Shown here piece after piece: positions 30,606 to 39,947 of a stretch of 64,000 nt of DNA (its first letter is position 1; the number at the start of each line of letters is the position of its first letter). Under the pieces are notes generated by a model. It was not told the origin of the DNA. It was given only the letters and a program-made list of their open reading frames with translations, and did no database searches. Source of the stretch: Bacilli bacterium (lineage in GTDB: Bacteria; Bacillota_I; Bacilli_A; RFN20; CAG-826); NCBI GenBank assembly GCA_040396875.1, contig JBBAWZ010000005.1:2552-66551 (forward strand), written 5' to 3'. Position numbers and translations under genes: made by a program.

Positions 30606-31991
30606 ATGGAAATATTTGGCATTATTATGGCTGCCGGCAAGGGCACCAGAATGAAATCTTTAGATGCAACAAAAAGCAAGGTCGCTTTTGATTTGTTAGG
30701 TGTGCCACTCGTTGGTCATGTCATCAATGCATTAAAACCACTCAACTTACAAAGAACAATTACGATTGTCGGTCATGGTGGTGAAACCACAGCCAAAGTT
30801 GTTGAAGGTCGATCGGAAGTCGTTTGGCAAAGAGAACAAAAAGGTACCGGTCATGCGGTCATGCAAGTGGCGCCGCTCCTTGAAGGAAAACCAGGTACCA
30901 CCCTTATTGTTTCTGGAGACACCCCCCTCATCACCAGCAAAAGTTTAGATCAATTGCTCAAAACTCATATCAATGGTGGTTTTGATTTAACCATCTTAAC
31001 TTCCATCGTCCCTAATCCATTTGGATATGGACGAATGATTCGTAATACCAAGGGCCAAGTAACCGCGATTGTTGAAGAAATTAACGCCACAGAACAAGAA
31101 AAGAAAATTCAAGAAATCAACACTGGTTTTTATGTCTTTAATAACAGCCTATTATTTAAATACTTAAAAGAATTACCTCCAAACCCTAAAAACGGAGAAT
31201 ATAACATTACATTTTTAATTAAGATGTTTATGGACAAAGGATTTAAGATCGGTGCTTCCACCGTTGATACATTTGAAGAAACACTTGGAATTAATGACCG
31301 AGCACAACTCGCTGAAGCTCGATTGATTATGCAACGTCGAATCAACCATCAACACATGGTAAATGGTGTCACGATTGAAAATCCAGACAATACATTTATT
31401 TCACCACAAGTTACCATCGGTCAAGATACCGTGATTCAAACTGGAGTTTACTTAATTGGCCACGTGACCATTGGTCAAGGCAACATGATTGGTGCCAACA
31501 CAACGATTGAAAACACCACCATTGGCACCCAAAACCATATTGAATCATCTAAAATCATCGATTCAACGATTGGTGATAAAAATCAGATTGGACCTTTTGC
31601 CCACATTCGTGGACACGCAATAATTACCAACGAAAACAGAGTGGGTAACTTTGTTGAAATTAAGGCCGCCAAACTACACCCAGGTGTTAAGGTTGCACAC
31701 CTAAGTTACCTTGGTGATTGTGAAGTTGGAGAACGAACCAACATTGGTGCAGGTACGATTATCGCCAATTATGATGGCAACAAAAAACATCACACCAGCA
31801 TTGGAAAAGATGTCTTTGTAGGATCTGGAACAACGATTATTAGCCCTGTTACGATTGAAGATTTAACGATCATTGCCGCCGGAAGCACCATCACTCAATC
31901 TATAAAAAAAGGCGAACTAGCGATTGCTAGACAACGACAAGAAAACAAACCAGGTTATTATCAACGCTGGTTGAAAAAGATAGGTAAATAA
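30606..31991 (+). CDS. glmU: Bifunctional GlcNAc-1-P uridylyltransferase / GlcN-1-P acetyltransferase
   Basis: MAAGKGTRMKS at the N-terminus, followed by a long left-handed beta-helix hexapeptide repeat region. Confidence 0.95.
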   Translation: MEIFGIIMAAGKGTRMKSLDATKSKVAFDLLGVPLVGHVINALKPLNLQRTITIVGHGGETTAKVVEGRSEVVWQREQKGTGHAVMQVAPLLEGKPGTTLIVSGDTPLITSKSLDQLLKTHINGGFDLTILTSIVPNPFGYGRMIRNTKGQVTAIVEEINATEQEKKIQEINTGFYVFNNSLLFKYLKELPPNPKNGEYNITFLIKMFMDKGFKIGASTVDTFEETLGINDRAQLAEARLIMQRRINHQHMVNGVTIENPDNTFISPQVTIGQDTVIQTGVYLIGHVTIGQGNMIGANTTIENTTIGTQNHIESSKIIDSTIGDKNQIGPFAHIRGHAIITNENRVGNFVEIKAAKLHPGVKVAHLSYLGDCEVGERTNIGAGTIIANYDGNKKHHTSIGKDVFVGSGTTIISPVTIEDLTIIAAGSTITQSIKKGELAIARQRQENKPGYYQRWLKKIGK

Positions 31992-32000
31992 AACCAAACA

Positions 32001-32034
32001 AAAAACCCACCGAATGATTGGTGGGTTTTTATTT
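32001..32034. terminator. Bidirectional rho-independent terminator (glmU / ppdK)
   Basis: AAAAACCCACC-loop-GGTGGGTTTTT: an 11-bp stem flanked by A- and T-runs. Confidence 0.85.
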
Positions 32035-32039
32035 TAAAC

Positions 32040-34688
32040 TTAGGCTTTCTTAGTTGCCCGAGTTGCTTTGATTGCAGCTTGTGCAGCAGCTAATCTTGCA
32101 ACAGGAACACGGAACGGAGAGCAAGAGACATAGTTTAATCCAGCATTGTGGAAGAATTCGATCGATACTGGGTCTCCACCATGTTCACCACAAATCCCAA
32201 CTTTTAGATCAGGACGTGTTTTACGACCATCTTGAACCGCCATCTTGATTAATTTACCAACACCATGTTGATCAACAGTTTGGAATGGATCTTGTTCAAA
32301 GATTTTGGTCTTATAGTAGTCTGGCAAGAACTTACCAGCGTCATCACGTGAGAAACCATAGGTCATTTGAGTTAAATCGTTGGTACCAAAGCTGAAGAAC
32401 GTCGCTTCGGTTGCAACAGATTCTGCTAATAATGCTGCACGTGGGATTTCAATCATCGTACCAACTTGATACGTTAACTTTTGACCACTTGCGGCGATTT
32501 CTTCTTGAGCGGTTTGTTCAATAATTTCTTTGACGAACTTTAATTCTTTGACATCCAAGACTAATGGAATCATGATTTCAGGAACAACTTTCTTTCCTAA
32601 TTTCTTTTGTGCTGCTAATGCTGCACGGATGATGGCGCGGGTTTGCATTCTACCAATTTCTGGGTAAGACACATCTAAACGAACACCACGGTGACCCATC
32701 ATTGGGTTAAATTCATGGAGGAAATCAATGCGGGCTTTGACTTGTGCAACTGTCATCTTTAATTCGGTTGCCAATTCTTTAATCTTGTCTTCTTCTTGTG
32801 GTAAGAATTCGTGTAAGGGTGGATCAAGTAAACGAATTGTGACATTTAAGTCCTTCATCGCCATAAAGAGTTCATAGAAATCTTTTTGTTGGAATGGTAA
32901 GAGTTCTTTTAATGCTTGTTCTCTTACTTCTAAAGTGTCAGCAAGAATCATTTTACGAACGTAGAAGATTCTTTCTTTGTCGAAGAACATGTGTTCTGTA
33001 CGGCATAGACCAATACCTTCTGCACCAAACTTTAATGCTGTTTCGGCATCTTTTGGTGTATCAGCGTTGGTACGAACTTTAAGCGTACGATATTCATCTG
33101 CCCAGGTCATAATGCGACCGAAGTAACCGGTTAAACCAGCTTCAACGCGAGCGATATCACCTTCGTAAACCATACCGGTTGAACCATCGATTGAAATGGT
33201 ATCTTTTGCGGTATAGGTTTTGTTTCCAAACTTTACAATACCTTTGTGTTCATCAATGATGGCAGTGCCAACACCAGCAACACAAGTCTTACCCATGCCA
33301 CGAGCAACAACGGCCGCGTGTGAGGTCATCCCACCACGAGCAGTTAAAATCCCTTGAGCGGCAACCATGCCTTCAATATCTTCTGGAGACGTTTCAGCGC
33401 GGACTAAGACAACTTTTTCACCAGCAGCGCCACGCTTTGCAGCGTCTTCAGCGGTAAATGAAATCTTACCAGTTGCAGCACCAGGTGATGCAGGTAAACC
33501 TTCACCAATTGGCGTCATGGATTTGATTGCTTTTGGATCAAAACTTGGGTGTAGTAACGTATCTAAAGATTTTGGATCAACACGCATGACTGCTTCTTCT
33601 GGTGTAATGACTTTTTCATCGACTAAGTCGCATGCAATTTTTAACGCAGCGGCAGCCGTACGTTTACCATTACGGGTTTGTAAGAAGTAGAGTTTACCTT
33701 CTTCGACGGTAAATTCCATATCTTGCATGTCTTTATAATTGCCTTCAAGAATCTTCACGATATCTAAGAAGTTTTGATAAACCTTAGGTTGTGTTTTTTG
33801 TAAATGTTCAACAGGTAATGGTGTACGAATACCGGCCACCACGTCTTCCCCTTGAGCATTAGGTAAATATTCTGCATAAAGTTTCTTTTCACCAGTAGAT
33901 GGGTTGCGCGAGAATGCAACACCAGTACCAGAGGTTTCACCCTTGTTACCAAACACCATCGATTGAACGTTAACAGCAGTACCCCATTCGTATGGGATGT
34001 TGTTCATCTTACGATAAACGTTAGCGCGTGGGTTGTCCCATGAACGGAAAACAGCGGTAATTGCTTCAATTAATTGAACTTTAGGATCATTTGGGAAATC
34101 TTCACCAAACACCTTTTTATAATAGTCTTTGTACTTCTTCACTAATGCTTTTAAATCTTCAGCCGTTAATTCAGTGTCTAACTTCACACCTTTTTTATGC
34201 TTCATTTCTTCAAGCATCTTGTCCATTTCAGTACGACCATGATTTTTAGCAATGTTGGTATACATTAAAATGAAACGGCGATAGGAGTCATATGCAAAGC
34301 GTTCGTTATTGGTTTCTCTTGCAACCACTTCAACGGTTGTGTCGTTTAAACCTAAGTTTAAAACGGTGTCCATCATGCCAGGCATGGAAACTCTAGCACC
34401 CGAACGAACAGAAACTAAGAGTGGGTTTTTATTACCACCAAAGTTTTTCTTTGTGTCTGATTCGATGACCGTAATTGCGTCATAGATTTCTTGGATTAAT
34501 TCTTTAGGAAGTTTTTTCTTACTTGCATAGTATAAGTTGCAAGCTTCTGTGGTGACGGTAAATCCTTCTGGAATCGGGATTCCCATCAAGGTCATTTGGG
34601 ATAAACCCAAACCTTTACCACCAAGAAGGTCTTTACCCATTCCTTTGGTTTTCTTGAAGTTATAGACGTACTGTTTAGTTGCGGCCAT
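32040..34688 (-). CDS. ppdK: Pyruvate, phosphate dikinase
   Basis: GGMTSHAAVVARGMG phospho-His motif, GLCRTEHMF and FFSFGTNDLTQ. Start trimmed to MAATKQYVY, preceded by AAGGAG. Confidence 0.95.
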   Translation of the reverse strand: MAATKQYVYNFKKTKGMGKDLLGGKGLGLSQMTLMGIPIPEGFTVTTEACNLYYASKKKLPKELIQEIYDAITVIESDTKKNFGGNKNPLLVSVRSGARVSMPGMMDTVLNLGLNDTTVEVVARETNNERFAYDSYRRFILMYTNIAKNHGRTEMDKMLEEMKHKKGVKLDTELTAEDLKALVKKYKDYYKKVFGEDFPNDPKVQLIEAITAVFRSWDNPRANVYRKMNNIPYEWGTAVNVQSMVFGNKGETSGTGVAFSRNPSTGEKKLYAEYLPNAQGEDVVAGIRTPLPVEHLQKTQPKVYQNFLDIVKILEGNYKDMQDMEFTVEEGKLYFLQTRNGKRTAAAALKIACDLVDEKVITPEEAVMRVDPKSLDTLLHPSFDPKAIKSMTPIGEGLPASPGAATGKISFTAEDAAKRGAAGEKVVLVRAETSPEDIEGMVAAQGILTARGGMTSHAAVVARGMGKTCVAGVGTAIIDEHKGIVKFGNKTYTAKDTISIDGSTGMVYEGDIARVEAGLTGYFGRIMTWADEYRTLKVRTNADTPKDAETALKFGAEGIGLCRTEHMFFDKERIFYVRKMILADTLEVREQALKELLPFQQKDFYELFMAMKDLNVTIRLLDPPLHEFLPQEEDKIKELATELKMTVAQVKARIDFLHEFNPMMGHRGVRLDVSYPEIGRMQTRAIIRAALAAQKKLGKKVVPEIMIPLVLDVKELKFVKEIIEQTAQEEIAASGQKLTYQVGTMIEIPRAALLAESVATEATFFSFGTNDLTQMTYGFSRDDAGKFLPDYYKTKIFEQDPFQTVDQHGVGKLIKMAVQDGRKTRPDLKVGICGEHGGDPVSIEFFHNAGLNYVSCSPFRVPVARLAAAQAAIKATRATKKA

Positions 34689-34829
34689 AAGTGCTCCTTT
34701 TTTTGGCATCCACGCGTTATTGAGGTGGGATGCTCGCGAGTAAAATCATATCACAAACCTTTTTAACCTTCCATACAATCGAATACGTAAAACCCGTGAA
34801 ATCTCGTTATAATGTTTTTAACGCCGATC

Positions 34830-36380
34830 ATGAAAACAAAAATTGAACCCCTTGCCTTAACCATCGACTTTGGAACCCAATCTGTTCGGGTTAGTATTTT
34901 TAATCGCCAAGGGGAAATCTTGGCCATCAAGAAACAGGTTTATAGTCCAACCTATGAATCATCCAAACCAGGATATGCAGAACATCATGCTTCTTTTTAC
35001 TGGGACAATCTTAAACAAGTTACCCTTGCCTTAAAAAAGGATCATCCTGAATTGTTAAAACAAGTCACCACTGCCGCAATGACCGCGTTCCGTGGCACTG
35101 CGATTATGTTAGACAAAGATAAAAAACCTGTTCGAAAAGTTATTCTATGGCTCGATCAACGGTTAGCTAAATTTGAACCCTTCTCTTTATTTCACAATAT
35201 CGCCTATCACTTCTTAGGTTTATATCAAACTGCAAAATTAAATTCACGCAGAACAATGGCAAGATGGGTCAGACAAAACGAACCTGAAACATGGAAACGC
35301 GTGAAGTATTATGTAGCCCTTTCTACTTATTTTAATTATTTATTAACTGACCAACTTACCGACAGCGCTGCAAACATGATTGGTCATTACCCTTTAGATT
35401 TCATTACGAGCAAGTGGTATAAACCCACACACGTCAAAGCCGCGGTTTTTAATATTCCCCTATCCATGTTAGTGCCGTTAAAAAAACCTGGTGAGTTACT
35501 AGGTCGTATCACCAAAAAAGTTTCTGAAGAACTCGGATTACCGGAAGGTTTACCTATTTATGCTGCAGGCCCCGACAAAGCGGCTGAAACGTTAGGAACC
35601 GGTTGTCTTACCAACGACGTTGCTAATTTATCGTATGGAACTTCGGTTTCCATGACAGTGCCAAGCAAAGTCTATGTTGAACCCGAACCTTTTTTACCAG
35701 GATATCCTTCCTCTCTTCCAAACTTATATAACATTGAGGTTCACATCAATCGAGGTTATTGGATGATTTCTTGGTTCCGTGATAACTTCGCTCACAAAGA
35801 AACCGCAGAAGCGATGATTGATCAAATGGCGGTTGAAGAAAAATTAAATCAACAAATGATGAAGATTCCACCGGGTTCAGAAGGATTGGTCTTATCACCT
35901 TATTGGGGTCCTGGATTAAGAAGACCCGAAGCGAAGGGTGCGATTGTGGGATGGAGTGATGTTCATACCAAAGTTCACTTATATCGAGCGATTGTTGAAG
36001 GTATTGCTTTTGGTATTCAAGAAGGTTTTTTAGGCATGCAAAAACGTCTCAAACATAAAGTGAAAGAAATACGCGTGTCGGGTGGTGGATCGAAATCCGA
36101 CGCGATTTGCCAAATCACTTCAGACATATTCAACTTACCAGTATCAAGAGTACAAACCAACGAAACATCTTCGCTTGGAACGGCCATTGCCGCTTTCTTA
36201 GCAAGTGGTGATTTTGCTACTCCTGAAGTTGCAGTTGCCTCGATGGTTCGTGTTTCCAAAACCTTTAATCCCAACCCAGAAGCGGTTAAACGGTATCAAT
36301 ATTTGTATCACAAAGTTTATGCCAAGATTTATCCTAAACTTATTAATCTCTATCGAGATTTAATTAAATTTAACCAATGA
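34830..36380 (+). CDS. FGGY-family carbohydrate kinase; substrate unknown
   Basis: TIDFGTQSVR N-terminal phosphate-1 motif and the VSGGGSKSDAICQITSDIFNLPV FGGY_C motif. The start is the ATG at 34830. Confidence 0.85.
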   Translation: MKTKIEPLALTIDFGTQSVRVSIFNRQGEILAIKKQVYSPTYESSKPGYAEHHASFYWDNLKQVTLALKKDHPELLKQVTTAAMTAFRGTAIMLDKDKKPVRKVILWLDQRLAKFEPFSLFHNIAYHFLGLYQTAKLNSRRTMARWVRQNEPETWKRVKYYVALSTYFNYLLTDQLTDSAANMIGHYPLDFITSKWYKPTHVKAAVFNIPLSMLVPLKKPGELLGRITKKVSEELGLPEGLPIYAAGPDKAAETLGTGCLTNDVANLSYGTSVSMTVPSKVYVEPEPFLPGYPSSLPNLYNIEVHINRGYWMISWFRDNFAHKETAEAMIDQMAVEEKLNQQMMKIPPGSEGLVLSPYWGPGLRRPEAKGAIVGWSDVHTKVHLYRAIVEGIAFGIQEGFLGMQKRLKHKVKEIRVSGGGSKSDAICQITSDIFNLPVSRVQTNETSSLGTAIAAFLASGDFATPEVAVASMVRVSKTFNPNPEAVKRYQYLYHKVYAKIYPKLINLYRDLIKFNQ

Positions 36381-36994
36381 AAAAAATTATTTTAGTCTTT
36401 GCGATGCAAGCTGAATTAGATGCCTTTAAATCACAATTAAAGTCACCAACAACAGCGCGTGATGGTTATGAAGAAATTCAAGATTCAAATCAAAACATCC
36501 GCTTAGTCTTAACCGGTATTACGATGTTAAATTGTTACAAATTACAAAGGCATATTACTGATTTTAAACCCGATCTTGTGATGCAAATTGGTACGTGTGC
36601 AGGTTTAAGAAAACAAAACATCGGTGATGTGATTCATGCACAAACGTTCTTTAATGCTGATTTAGATTTAACAACCTTTCAACGTCCACTTGGTCGATTA
36701 TATGCAAAAGAAAAAGTAAAGATGAAACACCCCGTCTTAGTCTCTGGTTCTAAATTTTTAGACTCAGAGGAAAGTGCGGCAAACGTTGTTCAACAGTTTG
36801 AAGCTGATGCATTTGATATGGAAAGTTTTGGTTTTTACACAATCTGTGAACAACAAAAGATTCCTTTTACAAGCATCCGAGGTGTTTCGGACAACGGTCA
36901 ATCGAACGCGAACACAACCTTTGAAATGAATTTAAAGAAAGCGGCAACAGCCGCCGCGATTGCTACACTTCAATACTTAAAAACCATCGCATGA
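36377..36994 (+). CDS. PNP_UDP_1 family nucleosidase (MTA/SAH nucleosidase-like)
   Basis: ILVFAMQAEL, GTCAGL, FDMESFGF and IRGVSDN resemble Pfs/MtnN motifs. At 205 aa it is short. ATGA overlap with the kinase. Confidence 0.7.
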   Translation: MKKIILVFAMQAELDAFKSQLKSPTTARDGYEEIQDSNQNIRLVLTGITMLNCYKLQRHITDFKPDLVMQIGTCAGLRKQNIGDVIHAQTFFNADLDLTTFQRPLGRLYAKEKVKMKHPVLVSGSKFLDSEESAANVVQQFEADAFDMESFGFYTICEQQKIPFTSIRGVSDNGQSNANTTFEMNLKKAATAAAIATLQYLKTIA

Positions 36995-38103
36995 AAAGCA
37001 TTTACTCAAAGACGCATTCTCTTGTCAACTTAAGTAATACCATTCTTGCGCATTACCAAATTCCAACCCCGCATCCTTCCATTCCCTCTTTGCTTCAAGC
37101 ATTAAAAAATAAACAAAAAATAGTCTTTCTACTTTTTGATGGAATGGGTCAAATTATTTTACGGAAGCATTTACCATTTTATGCTTGGCTAAGAAGACAG
37201 CGAATGATGTCGATCACTTCAACTTTTCCAAGTACAACGGCGGCGGCAACCAACGCTTTTTTATCCGCTCAATATCCCAATCAAATTGGATGGTTAGGTT
37301 GGGCGCAATATTTTCCCGAACACGATAAAATCCTAGAACTGTTTACGGGTAAAGATTCTTTACTTCAACAACCCGCAATTCCAGCACCAGAACTACAAAA
37401 AACCATTCAATACCAATCTATTTTTCAACGTCTTCAGCAGCAACACCCTACATTAACGATTAACCAAGTGTGGCCAGATGTTCGACCCGGAGGCTTTAAA
37501 ACGATCGATTCATGGTTTGAACAATTACACACATTAGCCCAACAACAAGGACCTAGTTTTACGTATGGTTATTGGTTAGATCCCGATAAATCGATTCACA
37601 AAGAAGGAATCAATTCCAAGGTGATTCAATCTATCGTGAAGGATATTCAACACCGATTAAAAACGTTAGCTCAAAACAATCCAGATACCACATACGTCAT
37701 CTTTGCAGATCACGGACTCGTGGACGTTACGTTTTTAAATATTCAAGAACACCAAGATTTATTTCAATTGCTAAAACGGAGTTTTTCATTAGAGCCACGT
37801 GCAGCAACCTTCTTTGTTAAAGACCAAAAATCGAATGAGTTTGTCCAACGGTTCCATCAATATTATGGTCAATATTTTTTATTACTCACCAAGCAAGAAG
37901 TTAAAGATCAACACCTCTATGGAATAGGACCAAACCATCCAAGATTCGATGAATTCATCGGTGATTTTGTTGCAATTGCAAAGGGGAAATTCGGTTTTAC
38001 ACACGGTACACCAAACGACACCATGCCTAAAAGCATGAAAGCCCACCACGCGGGGATGACAAAAGCAGAAATGATGATTGATGTGATGGTCTTAAATCGT
38101 TAG
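36991..38103 (+). CDS. Alkaline-phosphatase superfamily, nucleotide pyrophosphatase/phosphodiesterase (NPP)-like protein
   Basis: LLFDGMGQ (metal Asp), STFPSTTAAATNAF (TFP-x-x-T nucleophile region) and FADHG. ATGA overlap with the nucleosidase. Confidence 0.7.
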   Translation: MKSIYSKTHSLVNLSNTILAHYQIPTPHPSIPSLLQALKNKQKIVFLLFDGMGQIILRKHLPFYAWLRRQRMMSITSTFPSTTAAATNAFLSAQYPNQIGWLGWAQYFPEHDKILELFTGKDSLLQQPAIPAPELQKTIQYQSIFQRLQQQHPTLTINQVWPDVRPGGFKTIDSWFEQLHTLAQQQGPSFTYGYWLDPDKSIHKEGINSKVIQSIVKDIQHRLKTLAQNNPDTTYVIFADHGLVDVTFLNIQEHQDLFQLLKRSFSLEPRAATFFVKDQKSNEFVQRFHQYYGQYFLLLTKQEVKDQHLYGIGPNHPRFDEFIGDFVAIAKGKFGFTHGTPNDTMPKSMKAHHAGMTKAEMMIDVMVLNR

Positions 38104-39947
38104 AACTTTTCTTCAGTTTTAGAGTCGATCTGATTATTACCGGTAAATTGAGCGTTATAAAGTTCAGCATAGAAACCTTTTTGTTTTAACAAGGTTTCGT
38201 GATTTCCAGTTTCAACAATTGCACCATTTTTCATCACCAGAATGAGCTTTGCGCTCTTAATTGTCGATAGACGGTGTGCGATAACAAAGGAAGTTCTTCC
38301 CTTCATTAACGAAGTCATGGCAGTTTGAATGGAAGCTTCCGTTCTCGTATCGACACTACTGGTTGCTTCATCAAGAATGAGCATTTTGGGTTGAATTAAG
38401 ATTGCTCGAGCAATGGTTAACAACTGACGTTGACCTTGTGAGATATTGGTGCCATCTTCATTTAACATAAAGTCATAACCACCTGGTAACGTGGAAATAA
38501 AGAAGTGTGCCAACGCAGCTTTAGCAGCCTTTTCCACTTCTTCATTGGTGGCCGTTTGCTTACCATAACGGATGTTGTCACGAATCGTTCCTTTAAATAA
38601 CCACGTATCTTGAAGCACCATACCAAAGGCGGTTCTTAATGCTGGGTAACTATAATCCTTGAGGTTTTTACCATCCAATAAGATTTCACCTTGTTGGATT
38701 TCATAGAAGCGCATCATCAGATTGACTAATGTGGTTTTACCCGCACCGGTTGGTCCAACGATAGCAATGGTGTCACCTTGATTGACTTGAAGATTTAAAT
38801 TGGTGAATAAAGGTTGTTCTGGTTTATAGGCAAATGCAACTTGTTTGAATTCAATCTTACCTTTGATATTTGCATTGGATTGAATCGCTTCTTTAGAAGG
38901 TTCTGGAAGTTCGGGTTCATCCATGATTTTATAGATGCGTTCTGCCGCTGCAATCGAGGATTGGATAATGTTTGAGATTTGTCCAAGCATTTGGAATGGA
39001 CGTTGAAATAACGACACTAGGATAAAGAAGGCCACCATATTACCGATGTTATCAATCAAACCACCCACCACTGCAATACCGACAAATCCAAGGTTATTCA
39101 CAAAGTTTATCGCGGGGAAAATAATCCCTGAAAAGAACTGGGACATGCGATCAGCTTTCGCTAATTCTTCGTTTAAGTTAGTGAACTTTTCGACCGTTTC
39201 TTTTTCTTTATTGAATAATTTCACAATGCGATAACCAGAATAATTTTCTTCAATTAATCCGTTTAACATACCTAATTTTGCATAGTAAGCTTTAAAACGT
39301 TTTTGCGAATTCTTGGCAATAAAGATGGTGACAAAAAGTGAAATAGGCAAGATTGCCAGTGCTACAAGCGTTAATTGCCAACTGGTCACAAACATCATGA
39401 TTAAGGTTCCAATAAACATAAATAACGAACTTAAGACAGAACTTAAAATACCTTGAAGAGATCGGGAAACACTATCGACGTCGTTCGTGCCTTTCGAAAG
39501 AATTTCCCCATACGTTTGTCGATCAAAGAACGCTAACGGTAAACGATCCATCTTCGCTTGGAATGATTGGCGAATCTTATATGAATAACGGTTTGAAATT
39601 GGAATTAATAAGAATTCTGATAACCAAGTAAAGAAGTGAGAAAAGAAATAAAAACCGACGATGATGCCAAATCGCATCAGAATATCAGGCCAACGTAAAG
39701 CAAGGAATCCACTGACTTCATCAAAAAAGATCGCGGGATTGGCAATAATATCATTTAAGATATCACGGATATAAAGAGGCGATAGTAAGGTAAATACAAC
39801 GGAGATTGTAATGATGACGGCAACAAAAATTAAAGCCGCTTGATAAGGTTTAAAGTCGCTCACTAAACGGCGAAGCGTGCCTTTAAAGTTCTTTGGTTTT
39901 TCGTTTTCGGTAAGTCCGCCCATGCGGCCATATCTTGGTCCTGACAT
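38100..39947 (-). CDS. ABC exporter, fused permease/ATPase (heterodimer partner B)
   Basis: 6-TM N-domain, GPTGAGKTT Walker A, ISQGQRQLL signature and LILDEATS Walker B. Confidence 0.9.
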   Translation of the reverse strand: MSGPRYGRMGGLTENEKPKNFKGTLRRLVSDFKPYQAALIFVAVIITISVVFTLLSPLYIRDILNDIIANPAIFFDEVSGFLALRWPDILMRFGIIVGFYFFSHFFTWLSEFLLIPISNRYSYKIRQSFQAKMDRLPLAFFDRQTYGEILSKGTNDVDSVSRSLQGILSSVLSSLFMFIGTLIMMFVTSWQLTLVALAILPISLFVTIFIAKNSQKRFKAYYAKLGMLNGLIEENYSGYRIVKLFNKEKETVEKFTNLNEELAKADRMSQFFSGIIFPAINFVNNLGFVGIAVVGGLIDNIGNMVAFFILVSLFQRPFQMLGQISNIIQSSIAAAERIYKIMDEPELPEPSKEAIQSNANIKGKIEFKQVAFAYKPEQPLFTNLNLQVNQGDTIAIVGPTGAGKTTLVNLMMRFYEIQQGEILLDGKNLKDYSYPALRTAFGMVLQDTWLFKGTIRDNIRYGKQTATNEEVEKAAKAALAHFFISTLPGGYDFMLNEDGTNISQGQRQLLTIARAILIQPKMLILDEATSSVDTRTEASIQTAMTSLMKGRTSFVIAHRLSTIKSAKLILVMKNGAIVETGNHETLLKQKGFYAELYNAQFTGNNQIDSKTEEKF

